A DNA stretch of 32,000 bases from Phycisphaera mikurensis NBRC 102666. Lineage in GTDB: Bacteria; Planctomycetota; Phycisphaerae; Phycisphaerales; Phycisphaeraceae. The DNA lies in contig NC_017080.1 in NCBI RefSeq assembly GCF_000284115.1, positions 510,001 to 542,000 of the forward strand. Direction: 5' to 3'. Position 1 is the stretch's first letter; every line of letters starts with the position of its first letter. Of this stretch, positions 1 to 8,342 are shown in pieces. A program made the translations under genes and the position numbers. Below the pieces are notes generated by a model. That model was not told where the DNA came from, did no database searches, and was given only the letters and a program-made list of their open reading frames with translations.

Positions 1-2
1 GC

Positions 3-1079
3 CGCTACTGCATCAACCGCGTGAGCAACGACGTGAAACGGGCGCGCTTCAGCGTCGACGAGGTGGTGGACCTCACGATCGGCTTCTACAAGCGCAACTA
101 CATCGAGGGGTTGTTCTTGTCCTCGGGCGTCATCCGCGACCCCGACTACACGATGGACCAGCTCACCGAGGTCGCCCGGAAGCTGCGCGAGGATCACCGC
201 TTCAACGGGTACATCCACCTCAAGGCGGTGGTCGGCGCGAGCGAGGAGGCGCTGATGCGGGCCGGGAAGCACGCGGATCGGCTCTCCGCGAACATCGAGC
301 TGCCCAGCCAGGAGGACCTCGACAAGCTGGCGCCCGAGAAGACGATCGACGGAGCCGAGGGCGCGATGACGTCGATCAAGGGCGGGCTGGACGCGTCGGC
401 CGGCAGGCAGACCGACGCGGCGAAGGCGTCCTCGCTCACGCGGGGCCGGGCCGCTCTGGGCCGCCGCGACCGCTTCGCGCCGGCGGGGCAGAGCACGCAG
501 ATGATCGTGGGGGCCACGGCCACCCCCGACGCGGACATCCTCGCCACGGCGAACCGCCTGTACGGGCGGCACGGCCTCAAGCGGGTCTACTACACGGCCT
601 ATTCGCCGATCGAGAAGGGGCACTACGACCTTCCGACCAAGGCGCCGCCGCTGGTCCGTGAGCACCGGCTGTACCAGAGCGACTGGCTGCTGCGCTTCTA
701 CGGCTTCGGCATCGACGAGCTGCGGCAGGGCGTGGTCGGCGCCGATGGGAACCTCGACCTGGAGGTCGACCCGAAGACTGCGTGGGCGCTGGCGAACCGC
801 CACTTCTTCCCGGTCGACCTCAACCGCGCCCCGCGGGAGTCGATGCTGCGGGTGCCGGGGCTGGGCGTGCGGACGGTGAACCGGCTGATCGGGATCCGCA
901 GGCACCGCAGCATCCGCCTGGAGGACCTCAAGAAGCTGCGGGTGGCGATGAAGCGGTGCTCGCCCTTCGTCGTCGCGGCGGACGGCTGGGGCGGGACGCG
1001 CGGGCTCGACGCCGACGGGCTGCGGGCGCAGCTGGTCGGGACCCGCAAGGACGTCCCGCAGCTGTCGCTGTTCGCCTGA
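3..1079 (+). CDS. Putative DNA modification/repair radical SAM protein (SplB-like, rSAM_link_UDG type), 5' end outside window
   Basis: The open frame continues upstream of the listed GTG: RYCINRVSNDVKRARFS..EVVDLTIGFYKRNYIEGLFLSSGVI. Position 3 is in frame. A C-terminal helix-hairpin-helix-like segment LRVPGLGVRTVNRLIGIRRHRSI is present. Stop TGA at 1077-1079. Confidence 0.88.
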   Translation, partial: RYCINRVSNDVKRARFSVDEVVDLTIGFYKRNYIEGLFLSSGVIRDPDYTMDQLTEVARKLREDHRFNGYIHLKAVVGASEEALMRAGKHADRLSANIELPSQEDLDKLAPEKTIDGAEGAMTSIKGGLDASAGRQTDAAKASSLTRGRAALGRRDRFAPAGQSTQMIVGATATPDADILATANRLYGRHGLKRVYYTAYSPIEKGHYDLPTKAPPLVREHRLYQSDWLLRFYGFGIDELRQGVVGADGNLDLEVDPKTAWALANRHFFPVDLNRAPRESMLRVPGLGVRTVNRLIGIRRHRSIRLEDLKKLRVAMKRCSPFVVAADGWGGTRGLDADGLRAQLVGTRKDVPQLSLFA

Positions 1080-1163
1080 CGCGGCGGGCTTAGCGCACCG
1101 TGCGCTATTCCCCGAACGCCTCTGCGGGCGAGTCGTGCCCCTCGCTTCGTCGGCTGCATCGCC

Positions 1164-1247
1164 CTGCAGGGGCAGGGCTGCTTCGCCTCCTCACGAGGAA
1201 CACGACGCGCGGACGCAGGCCGATCGGGGAATCGCGCACGATGCTCT
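1164..1247. repeat. Dispersed intergenic repeat, copy 1 (~84 bp)
   Basis: ctgcaggggcagggctgcttcgcctcctcacgagg..gccgatc..gatgctct aligns without gaps to 7209-7292 at about 80% identity by eye. Confidence 0.6.
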
Positions 1248-1412
1248 AGCAGGCCGCTGCAGAACCTCGCGTCAGGCGAGAGCGCGGCAGAATCGTGTCT
1301 CGCGAGGAGAGCGGGACCCGCGTAGCCGTCTACTACGTGGGTTACGCTCGACGAAGCGAGACGCGATTCTGCCCGCTCGCAGCCCCGATGGGGTTCTGCA
1401 GCGGCCTGCTAG
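1246..1412. mobile_element. MITE-like / IS-relic inverted-repeat element flanked by CTAG
   Basis: The 21-bp perfect inverted arms are CTAGCAGGCCGCTGCAGAACC (1246-1266) and GGTTCTGCAGCGGCCTGCTAG (1392-1412). An inner inverted pair ggcagaatcgtgtctcgc (~1287-1304) / gcgagacgcgattctgcc (~1356-1373) has one mismatch. Confidence 0.65.
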
Positions 1413-2059
1413 GCGGCGCGGCGGAGCGGTGAGGCCTGCGCCGGCGCAAAGGCGGCGACGAGCCGGGTGCGGGCCTCGGTGGCGGCGCAGGCCGCCCAAA
1501 CGGCGTCGCGACGCTGCGGCGGGCAGCGGTCGGCGAAGGCGGCGGCGACGCGGGCTTGCGCCAAGCGGAGGTCGCCGCCGAGGCCGACCTCTTCTTCGTC
1601 GGAGACGGGGCCTTCGAGGCGGCCGGGCAGGATCCCGGCGTCGAGGCAGCGGCAGGCCCGCGCGAAGGCGTGTGCCGCGGCGCCGCCGCCATTGACGCCG
1701 GTGTCGATGGCGAGCACCTCGGGCCGGGCGAAGGTCACCGGCAGCGCCCGATCGTGGCGGAGCAGCAGCGAGAGCAGGTCGGTGCGGAGCGGCTCGGCGC
1801 CGGCACCCAGGGGGCCGTCGGCCACCCACCACCAGCGGCGGTGGGGCTGCCGGGCGGCGGTGGCGGCGGCGGCCCGGGCGGCGTGGGGCCGGAGACGCTG
1901 GCCCGCGCCGAGCACCGTGACCACCGGGGCGCGGGCACCGGCGGCGGCCACGCGGAGCGCCGCCGGGGTGTCGGCGTCGAGGGCGAGAAACTCGACGCCG
2001 TCGCCGCCGGTGGGGCGGGATCCGGGGAGGGCGAGCACGGTGAGCAGGGGGCGGGCCAT
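1409..2059 (-). CDS. Hypothetical protein
   Basis: 216-aa ORF in the same orientation as its upstream neighbour. Composition is plausible (VTVLGAGQRL.., DGPLGAGAEPLRTDLLSLLLRHDRALPVTFARPEVLAIDTGVNGG). The stop codon lies in the CTAG of the inverted repeat. Confidence 0.6.
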   Translation of the reverse strand: MARPLLTVLALPGSRPTGGDGVEFLALDADTPAALRVAAAGARAPVVTVLGAGQRLRPHAARAAAATAARQPHRRWWWVADGPLGAGAEPLRTDLLSLLLRHDRALPVTFARPEVLAIDTGVNGGGAAAHAFARACRCLDAGILPGRLEGPVSDEEEVGLGGDLRLAQARVAAAFADRCPPQRRDAVWAACAATEARTRLVAAFAPAQASPLRRAA

Positions 2060-2107
2060 CGGGAAGATCGGGCGGCGGGGCGGCGGGAAGGGGCGGGCGG
2101 GGCGGGC

Positions 2108-3370
2108 TCAGATCACGCGGGGCGTGTTCTGCTTGATCGTGAAGCCGGCGTCGGGCACCGCCTTCTGGAAGGCCGCCGAGGGCGCGGCGAAGCGGCGGCG
2201 CGGGAGCCAGAAGGCCCCCAGGAGCAGCAGCTGCACGGGCAGCAGCGACATGCGGACCGCGTCGCCGGCGGGGCCGCCGGCGAGGATCGCGAGCGGGACG
2301 GCGCTGAAGAAGAACAGCCCGAGCGCCAGCCTCCGGCGGACCGCGGCCAAGACCGCGGCCAGCCCGGCGGCCGCGAGCAGCATCGCGTTGAGGATCTTCC
2401 ACGCGGTCGAGACCGCCACGTCGAGGCTGGAGTAGGCGGGCGCCTCGGCGGCGGTCGCGGGCATGCGAGCCGGTGCGGCGGGGATCAGCTCGTCGCCGAG
2501 GGCGGGCGCGGCGAAGGCGGCCCGCACCTCGGCGGCGACGTCCAGGCCGGGCCGGAGGTCGAAGCGGGCGAGCAGTTCGGCCCACTGGCTCTCGATCAGC
2601 CGCGGGACGACCTCGCCGTGCGGGCTTTGCATCCGCTCCAGGACGAGCGCCCGGCCGTCGGCGATGCCGAAGCCGGCAACGGGGATGGCGGCGCCGGCGA
2701 CGATCACCAGCGCGGCGGCGAGGTCTTGGGGGCCGCGGCCGGGGCCGCTGCAGCCGAAGCCGGCGACCAGCCGCCAGAGGGCGAGCGGGACGGCGAGCAC
2801 GGCGACCGACGGGGCGATCACGCCGCCGGCGCCGAGGATCAACCCGGCGGCGGCGGAGGGGGCGAGGCCGGCGACCGGCCGGCGGCCGCTGCGGACGCCC
2901 GGCGTTGGGATCCAGAGCAAGAAGAGGGCGCACGCGACGGCGGCGAACGCCCAGAAAGCGCCCCCGGGGGTGAGCGAGGCGTGCAGCACCCCGGGGTGCA
3001 GGCCCATGACCGCGGCGGCGAAGACGGCCGGACCGATCCGCCCGCTGAGGCGGTGCACGCAGAGGCCGACGGGGATGACCAGCAGGGCCCCGGCGAGCCA
3101 CTGCACCGTGAGCAGGGCTTGATCGACCGCGGGCGCCGGGAGAGAAGCGACGCCCAGGAGCAGGATGAGCCCGTGGAGCACGGCGACCGCGCCGGCGGCG
3201 ACGCCCAGCGGGATCAGCGGGTTGGGCCCGTCGCCGGGCTCGTGCTCGGGCTCCTGGCTCGGATCGACGAAGCCCTCGCGGCTGAACAGCGGCAGCGGCG
3301 CGGCGGGCCCCGGGGCGGGGGCGGGCGGGCCGCCGGGAGGCGTCGCGGCATCGAGGGTCGGCAGGAACAT
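2108..3370 (-). CDS. Multi-pass membrane protein, possibly GT39/ArnT-like
   Basis: 420 aa with several hydrophobic segments (PLIPLGVAAGAVAVLHGLILLLGV; LLTVQWLAGALLVIPVGLCV; AVFAAAVMGLHPGVLHASLTPGGAFWAFAAVACALFLLWI) and terminal hydrophobic helices. Confidence 0.7.
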   Translation of the reverse strand: MFLPTLDAATPPGGPPAPAPGPAAPLPLFSREGFVDPSQEPEHEPGDGPNPLIPLGVAAGAVAVLHGLILLLGVASLPAPAVDQALLTVQWLAGALLVIPVGLCVHRLSGRIGPAVFAAAVMGLHPGVLHASLTPGGAFWAFAAVACALFLLWIPTPGVRSGRRPVAGLAPSAAAGLILGAGGVIAPSVAVLAVPLALWRLVAGFGCSGPGRGPQDLAAALVIVAGAAIPVAGFGIADGRALVLERMQSPHGEVVPRLIESQWAELLARFDLRPGLDVAAEVRAAFAAPALGDELIPAAPARMPATAAEAPAYSSLDVAVSTAWKILNAMLLAAAGLAAVLAAVRRRLALGLFFFSAVPLAILAGGPAGDAVRMSLLPVQLLLLGAFWLPRRRFAAPSAAFQKAVPDAGFTIKQNTPRVI

Positions 3371-3520
3371 CGGCGGCCTCGGGAAGCGGTGCGGCGATCG
3401 GCCGCAGCGCGACCCGGAGCCGTCCCCATCGGCCGGCCGCGGGGCCGCCTTCAGGCCGCAGCCGCGGACCGAAGCGGATTCTTCGTTGCGACCGTCACGG
3501 TCCGCGGCCGGCCGTGCCGG

Positions 3521-4675
3521 TCAGGCGGTCCCGCCCGGGATCCGCTGCGCCGCGTCGGCGGCCAGGTCCAGCTCGGACATCAGCAGGGCCAGCACCGACT
3601 CGGCGCCCTGGTTCTGGTTCACGCCGCCGGGGTGCAGGCCGTCGCGGCAGGCGTGCGTCTCGGGATCGACGAGGCAGACGCCCAGGTCGTTGACGCCGTG
3701 AAACCAGCCCGAGGCGAGCGTCGCACGCTCTCGCCAGCGCGCGGCGTCCTCGCCGGCGTCGGCTCCGTCGGCGACGCGGGCGGCGTCAAGGCAGGCGTCG
3801 ACGAGCGCGGCGGCCTCCAGCGGCTGCTGATCGAAGCGGGCCCGGGTGCCGTCGCGGCACAGCCAGCCGTCGTTGCCGATGATCGAGACGCAGGGCGAGC
3901 CCCCCGGCGTCTCGCCCTCCTGGACCGTCCAGAGCCAGTCCAGGCTGGCGAGGGCGTCGGCGGCCATCGCCGCGTCTTCGAGCCGGCCGGCGGCGACGAG
4001 CAGCGCCTGGGGGAGGCGGGCGTTGTCGTAGGAGACCTCGTCCTCCCACCACGGCCAGCCGCCGCGGCGGTGGGCCCGCAGCCGCCGGTGCAGGTGCCGG
4101 CCGAAGCGCTCGATGGCGGCGACCGAGGGCCCGTGCCCGGCCATGCGGCGGAGGAAGGCGTCCGCCCCGAGGATCGTGAAGGCCTGCGCGCGCAGGCTGT
4201 CGAGCGCCTCGGACGCGTCGATCGCGTGGTGGTACAGGCCCTCGGCGAGGCGGAGCGTGTTGGTGTCGGGCGCGAGGCGGACGGCCTCGCCCAAGGCCCA
4301 GACGGTGCGACCCTGGCTGTCGTTGCTGCCCACGCTCTCGAGCCAGCGCCGGTCGAAGCCCATGAAGTTGCGGAAGGCGCCGGTCTCGGGGTTGCGGGCG
4401 TGGTGGAGGAAGCCGAGGTAGCGGTGGATGGAGATCTCCGCCTCGTCGTGGCCGAAGAGGGCGGCGTGCCGGACGGCGACGATGAGGGCCCGGGCGTTGT
4501 CGTCGATGCAGTAGCCGTGGTTGGCGTCGGGCGTCGCGAACACGCAGTGCTGGAACAGCCCGGTGTCGTCGGTCATCCGCCGCAGCTGCGTGAGGTCGCA
4601 GCGGTGCGTCCGCTCCGGCGTCCGGTGGCTCCGCCTGTCGTCGTTGCGCCGCGGCAAGGAGGTGCTTGGGTCCAT
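3521..4675 (-). CDS. Six-hairpin/alpha-alpha toroid type carbohydrate-active protein, often annotated as glycosyltransferase or glycosidase-like
   Basis: The frame contains LTQLRRMTDDTGLFQHCVFATPDANHGYCIDDNARALIVAVRHAALFG..HFRNFMGFDRRWLE-type motifs (..GAFRNFMGFDRRWLESVGSNDSQGRTVWALGEAV). The start (ATG 4673-4675, MDPSTSLPRR) is tentative. The 1365-aa extension to 7618 is rejected. Confidence 0.85.
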   Translation of the reverse strand: MDPSTSLPRRNDDRRSHRTPERTHRCDLTQLRRMTDDTGLFQHCVFATPDANHGYCIDDNARALIVAVRHAALFGHDEAEISIHRYLGFLHHARNPETGAFRNFMGFDRRWLESVGSNDSQGRTVWALGEAVRLAPDTNTLRLAEGLYHHAIDASEALDSLRAQAFTILGADAFLRRMAGHGPSVAAIERFGRHLHRRLRAHRRGGWPWWEDEVSYDNARLPQALLVAAGRLEDAAMAADALASLDWLWTVQEGETPGGSPCVSIIGNDGWLCRDGTRARFDQQPLEAAALVDACLDAARVADGADAGEDAARWRERATLASGWFHGVNDLGVCLVDPETHACRDGLHPGGVNQNQGAESVLALLMSELDLAADAAQRIPGGTA

Positions 4676-4810
4676 CTTCGGCTCGGTCTTCGGCTCGCTC
4701 TTCGGCTCGGTCGCGGGGCGTGCGGTGGAGGCCGCGGCGGCCGCCGGCCACGGGAACCCGCCGGCCGCTGGGGAGGCCGGCGGCGGGCGGCTCCACCGTA
4801 AGGTCAAGCC

Positions 4811-7177
4811 GTGCGATTCCGGTGGCCGGCGATCCTGGTGTTCTTCTGCGTGCCCGTGGCGGCGCCGGCGGAGCCGCTGCGTCAGGCCGAGGTGGAGGCG
4901 GCGATCGCCGTGCTCAAGGCCGATCTCTACGCGATGCAGGACGCGCGGACCGGCGGCTGGTACGGGGCCTACGACAAGTCGCCGAAGCTCAACGACCCCA
5001 AGGACGACGAGCTGCTGACGGTGACCGCCACGCTCGCCCTCCTGCGCAGCGGGGACTCCCCGGACGTCGAGCCGCGGCTGCGCAAGGCGGTGGAGCGTGT
5101 GGAGTGGGGGGCGGATCGACCCGAGGAGGTCGCCTCGACCCAGGTGGTCGGAACGCGGGCGGAGATCTGGCCGCTGCTGCCGGGCGACGGGCACGCGGCG
5201 CGCCTCCAGAGCGACGGCCTGCGGCTGCTGCGTGCGGCCAGCGCCGCGGCGACCTTCGAGGCGCTCCTCACCGACGAGGCCGACGCGGAGGACTGGAACC
5301 ACCGGATGACGCAGTACGCGGTGGCGGGCATCGCGGAGGCGCAGGACGCGGGCCTGAAGGTGCCCGATCGCTTCTGGAAGACCGCGGCGGAGCACTTCAT
5401 GGAGACCCAATCGCCCTCGGGCGGCTGGAGCTACAGCCCGGACACGGAGCCCAACGCGGCGATGACGTGCGCGGGGCTCTCGGTGCTGCTGACCGCCCGG
5501 GCCGAGGTCGCCGGCTTCGTCAACGCCGAGCGGCCGAAGCCGGAGCTGGAGCGGGCGATCGCCCGCGGCCTCGCGTACCTCGACGGCGAGCTCGGCGGCG
5601 ACAAGACCGTCTACGGCGGCAGCGGCTACCTCTTCTACGGGCTCGAGCAGGTCGCCCTGCGGACGGGGCGGCGGCTGCTCGGCGGGACCGACTGGTTCCA
5701 GGAGATGGGGCGCTACGTCGTGGACCGGGCCCTCGCCGGGGGCGACCCGGTGCACCGGCAGGTCGTCAACGCGTCGTGGTTCCTCATGTTCCTGGCACGG
5801 GGGGAGGTGCCGATCGTCTTCAACAAGCTCTCCCTCGGCCACGCGGTGGACGCCGCGGAGCGGGGGAAGCGGCCGGGCGCGGGCGCGCCCGACGCCGCCG
5901 GCCGCCCCAACGACGTCGCCTTCTTGACGGCGTGGCTGTCCGACGCCTTCGAGAGCGAGCTCAACTGGCAGGCGGTGTCGCTGGACGAGCCCGTGGAGGC
6001 TTTGCTGACGGCTCCCGCGGCCCTGCTGCTGCTCGACGGCGCGTGGGCGCCGGAGCCGGCGCAGCTTGCGAAGCTGCGGTCGTTCCTCGACCTCGGGGGG
6101 CTGCTGCTGGTGGTGCCCGCGGGGCGGACCGCGGCGAAGGTGAAGGCGGCGGTGGCGTCGCTGGCGGGGTCGCTCACGCCCGCGGGCGCGGCCCCGCTGA
6201 CGCTCGAGCCCGTGCCGGAGGATCACGCCGCGCTGGGTCTGTGGCGGAAGCCCGACCGCCCGACCCGCTTCTTCCGCCTCCACAACGGAGCGCGCGACCT
6301 GGTGCTGCTCGCGATGAACGACCTGGGCCGCGACTGGCAGCGGGGCCGACGCGCCGACGACGCGATGGCCGTGGGCGCGAACCTCCACCTGCTCACCAGC
6401 GGCTACGGGCCGCTGCCGCCGCGGGTGAGCGGCGGCTTCCCCGCGGAGCCGGACGCGCCGGCGGGGGAGAGCGGCGGGGCGGAGACGGTGGCAGCGTCGG
6501 TGGCGGTCGTCCGCTGCGGCCCGCTCGTGGGGCGCGAGGCGGGCCTGTGGGAAGCGACCCGCCGGCGGCTGGCGGCGGAGGGGCGGGCGACGCTGGAGGT
6601 GCGTTCGGTCGCGGCGGAAGCCCTCGGCGTGGAAGCCGCCGCGGACGCCGACGCCGAGGCTTCGCCGCTCGATGGCGTCGACCTCCTGCACGTGGTCGGT
6701 GCCGGGGAAGCGCCCGCCGCGGCACCGGTGATCGTCGCCGCGTCGGCCTTCGCCCGCGCGGGCGGCACGGTGCTGGTCGAGTCGCTTGGCGGCGCAAGCG
6801 GGTTCGCGGCCGCGACCGAGGCCGCGCTGGCGGCGGCGCTGGGGGCGGCGCCCGGGCCGCTGGACGCCGCGGAGGGGCTGCTCGACGCGGACGAGGCGGT
6901 GCCCGGGACCGCCGACCTCCGGCGTGTGGCTTTCCGGCCCTTCTCGATCCAGCGCTTCGGCGCCGGCACGGCCCCGACGCTGACGGCGCTGAGCCTCGCG
7001 GGACGCGCGGCGGTGGTCTCCTCCGCCGAGGACCTCTCGCTGGGGGCGCTGGGTGTGCGGCAGTGGGGCGTTCACGGGTACACGCCCGGCGACGCCGGGC
7101 GGCTCGCGCGGAACCTGGTGCTGCACGCGGCGGCGCGGCGGCCGTCCCCCGCGGCGGCTCCTCCGCCCCCGCCCTGA
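4811..7177 (+). CDS. Secreted squalene-cyclase/prenyltransferase-like repeat protein with DUF4159-like C-terminal region
   Basis: 788 aa with a signal peptide (MRFRWPAILVFFCVPVAAPAEP). It has alpha-alpha toroid repeats (MTQYAVAGIAEAQDAGLKVPDRFWKTAAEHFMETQSPSGGWSYSP; GGDKTVYGGSGYLFYGLEQVALRTG) and a C-terminal DLLHVVGAGEAPA..FARAGGTVLVESLGG segment. Confidence 0.88.
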   Translation: MRFRWPAILVFFCVPVAAPAEPLRQAEVEAAIAVLKADLYAMQDARTGGWYGAYDKSPKLNDPKDDELLTVTATLALLRSGDSPDVEPRLRKAVERVEWGADRPEEVASTQVVGTRAEIWPLLPGDGHAARLQSDGLRLLRAASAAATFEALLTDEADAEDWNHRMTQYAVAGIAEAQDAGLKVPDRFWKTAAEHFMETQSPSGGWSYSPDTEPNAAMTCAGLSVLLTARAEVAGFVNAERPKPELERAIARGLAYLDGELGGDKTVYGGSGYLFYGLEQVALRTGRRLLGGTDWFQEMGRYVVDRALAGGDPVHRQVVNASWFLMFLARGEVPIVFNKLSLGHAVDAAERGKRPGAGAPDAAGRPNDVAFLTAWLSDAFESELNWQAVSLDEPVEALLTAPAALLLLDGAWAPEPAQLAKLRSFLDLGGLLLVVPAGRTAAKVKAAVASLAGSLTPAGAAPLTLEPVPEDHAALGLWRKPDRPTRFFRLHNGARDLVLLAMNDLGRDWQRGRRADDAMAVGANLHLLTSGYGPLPPRVSGGFPAEPDAPAGESGGAETVAASVAVVRCGPLVGREAGLWEATRRRLAAEGRATLEVRSVAAEALGVEAAADADAEASPLDGVDLLHVVGAGEAPAAAPVIVAASAFARAGGTVLVESLGGASGFAAATEAALAAALGAAPGPLDAAEGLLDADEAVPGTADLRRVAFRPFSIQRFGAGTAPTLTALSLAGRAAVVSSAEDLSLGALGVRQWGVHGYTPGDAGRLARNLVLHAAARRPSPAAAPPPPP

Positions 7178-7208
7178 CGCGTCGTGCGCCCTTCCCTGGC
7201 CGCTTTCT

Positions 7209-7292
7209 CTGCAAGGGCACGGCTGCTTCGCCTCCTCGTGAGGGACACGCCCCGCGGACGCGAGCCGATCCGCAGGGGGCACGCGATGCTCT
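7209..7292. repeat. Dispersed intergenic repeat, copy 2 (~84 bp)
   Basis: ctgcaagggcacggctgcttcgcctcctcgtgagggacacg..gagccgatc..gatgctct. See 1164-1247. Confidence 0.6.
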
Positions 7293-7376
7293 CGCGCGGG
7301 AGCCGAATTGGGAAGATGCCATCTTGGGGTTTGCCCGCCCTTCAGCGCCCCCCCCGAGCCGACCGATCCCGAAACC

Positions 7377-8342
7377 GTGAGTCCCAGCGTCCCCCAGCCC
7401 GTCCCGCCTGCGCGCGCCGCCGCGTCCGCCAGCCCGCGCGCCGCGATCCACCGCGTCGACGAGGAGAACCAGCGGATCCCCCGGGAGGAGAAGCCGCCCG
7501 TGAAGGACGCGCTCGACGCCCCCACCGGCGCGGTCGCCAAGTACAACCACTTCTTCAGCGGCGGCCGCGGCGTGCCCGGGATGCTCAAGTACGACGCGGC
7601 CATGCTCATCTCGCGCAACGTGCCCGGCGCGGTCGGTTACCTCCTGCGGCAGAAGGCCTTCGGCTGGCTGCTTCGCGGGTGCGGGGCCGATGCGCGGTGG
7701 GGCGTGAGCGTCGCGCTGCGGCATCCCGGCAAGATGACGCTGGGCGACCGGGTGTCGGTCGACGACTTCGCGATGCTCTGCGCCCGCGGCGTGGAGGGCG
7801 GAGGCGGCGTCGGCCGCTTCGAGATCGGCGACGACGCGGTGATCAGCCGCTTCTGCATCCTGCAGAGCAAGCGTGGCGACCTGATCTTCGGGCCCGGGAG
7901 CCTGCTGGGAACCCACAGCCAGGTCGTCTCGACCAACGGGTGCCGCATCGGGGCCCGCGTGAACACCGGGCCGCAGTGCTACCTGGGCGGCTCCCGCCAC
8001 GGCATCGCCCGCGACGGCGTGCCGATGATGGACCAGGAGACGCACAGCCGCGGCCCGCTGGTCATCGGCGACGACGTGTGGCTCGGTGCGGGCGTGCGGG
8101 TGATGGAGGGCGTCCGGATCGGCCGCGGCGCGGTGGTCGGCGCGGGCGCCGTCGTGACGCGCGACGTGCCGGATCACGCCGTGGTGGCCGGCGTGCCCGC
8201 CCGCTTGCTGGGATACCGCGGCGCCGATGGCGGCGTCCACCCGCCCGAACCGCCGGTGCTCAGCCCGCGGAGCCCGCGTGCCGAGGACCCGAGCCGCGGC
8301 CGCCCCGCCGGCGACGCCGCCGCTTCGCCGGTGTCGGCTTGA
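7377..8342 (+). CDS. Left-handed beta-helix (hexapeptide-repeat) acyltransferase
   Basis: Hexapeptide repeats: GDDAVISRFCILQSKRGDLIFGPGSLLGTHSQVVSTNGCRIGARVNTG..GPLVIGDDVWLGAGVRVMEGVRIGRGAVVGAGAVVTRDVPDHAVVAGVPARLLGYRG. Start codon is tentative: GTG 7377, or a downstream GTG. Confidence 0.9.
   Translation: MSPSVPQPVPPARAAASASPRAAIHRVDEENQRIPREEKPPVKDALDAPTGAVAKYNHFFSGGRGVPGMLKYDAAMLISRNVPGAVGYLLRQKAFGWLLRGCGADARWGVSVALRHPGKMTLGDRVSVDDFAMLCARGVEGGGGVGRFEIGDDAVISRFCILQSKRGDLIFGPGSLLGTHSQVVSTNGCRIGARVNTGPQCYLGGSRHGIARDGVPMMDQETHSRGPLVIGDDVWLGAGVRVMEGVRIGRGAVVGAGAVVTRDVPDHAVVAGVPARLLGYRGADGGVHPPEPPVLSPRSPRAEDPSRGRPAGDAAASPVSA

Noticed and set aside
1556-4801. 1081-aa plus-strand ORF
   Set aside because: Compositionally extreme (Gly/Arg/Glu/Ala) reverse of three plausible minus-strand genes. 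No domain-like segments.
3521-7618. 1365-aa minus-strand ORF as a single gene
   Set aside because: Only the 3521-4675 part has recognisable protein character. The rest is Arg/Gly/His/Ala-rich and antisense to the well-supported 788-aa plus-strand gene, which is typical of high-GC antisense open frames.
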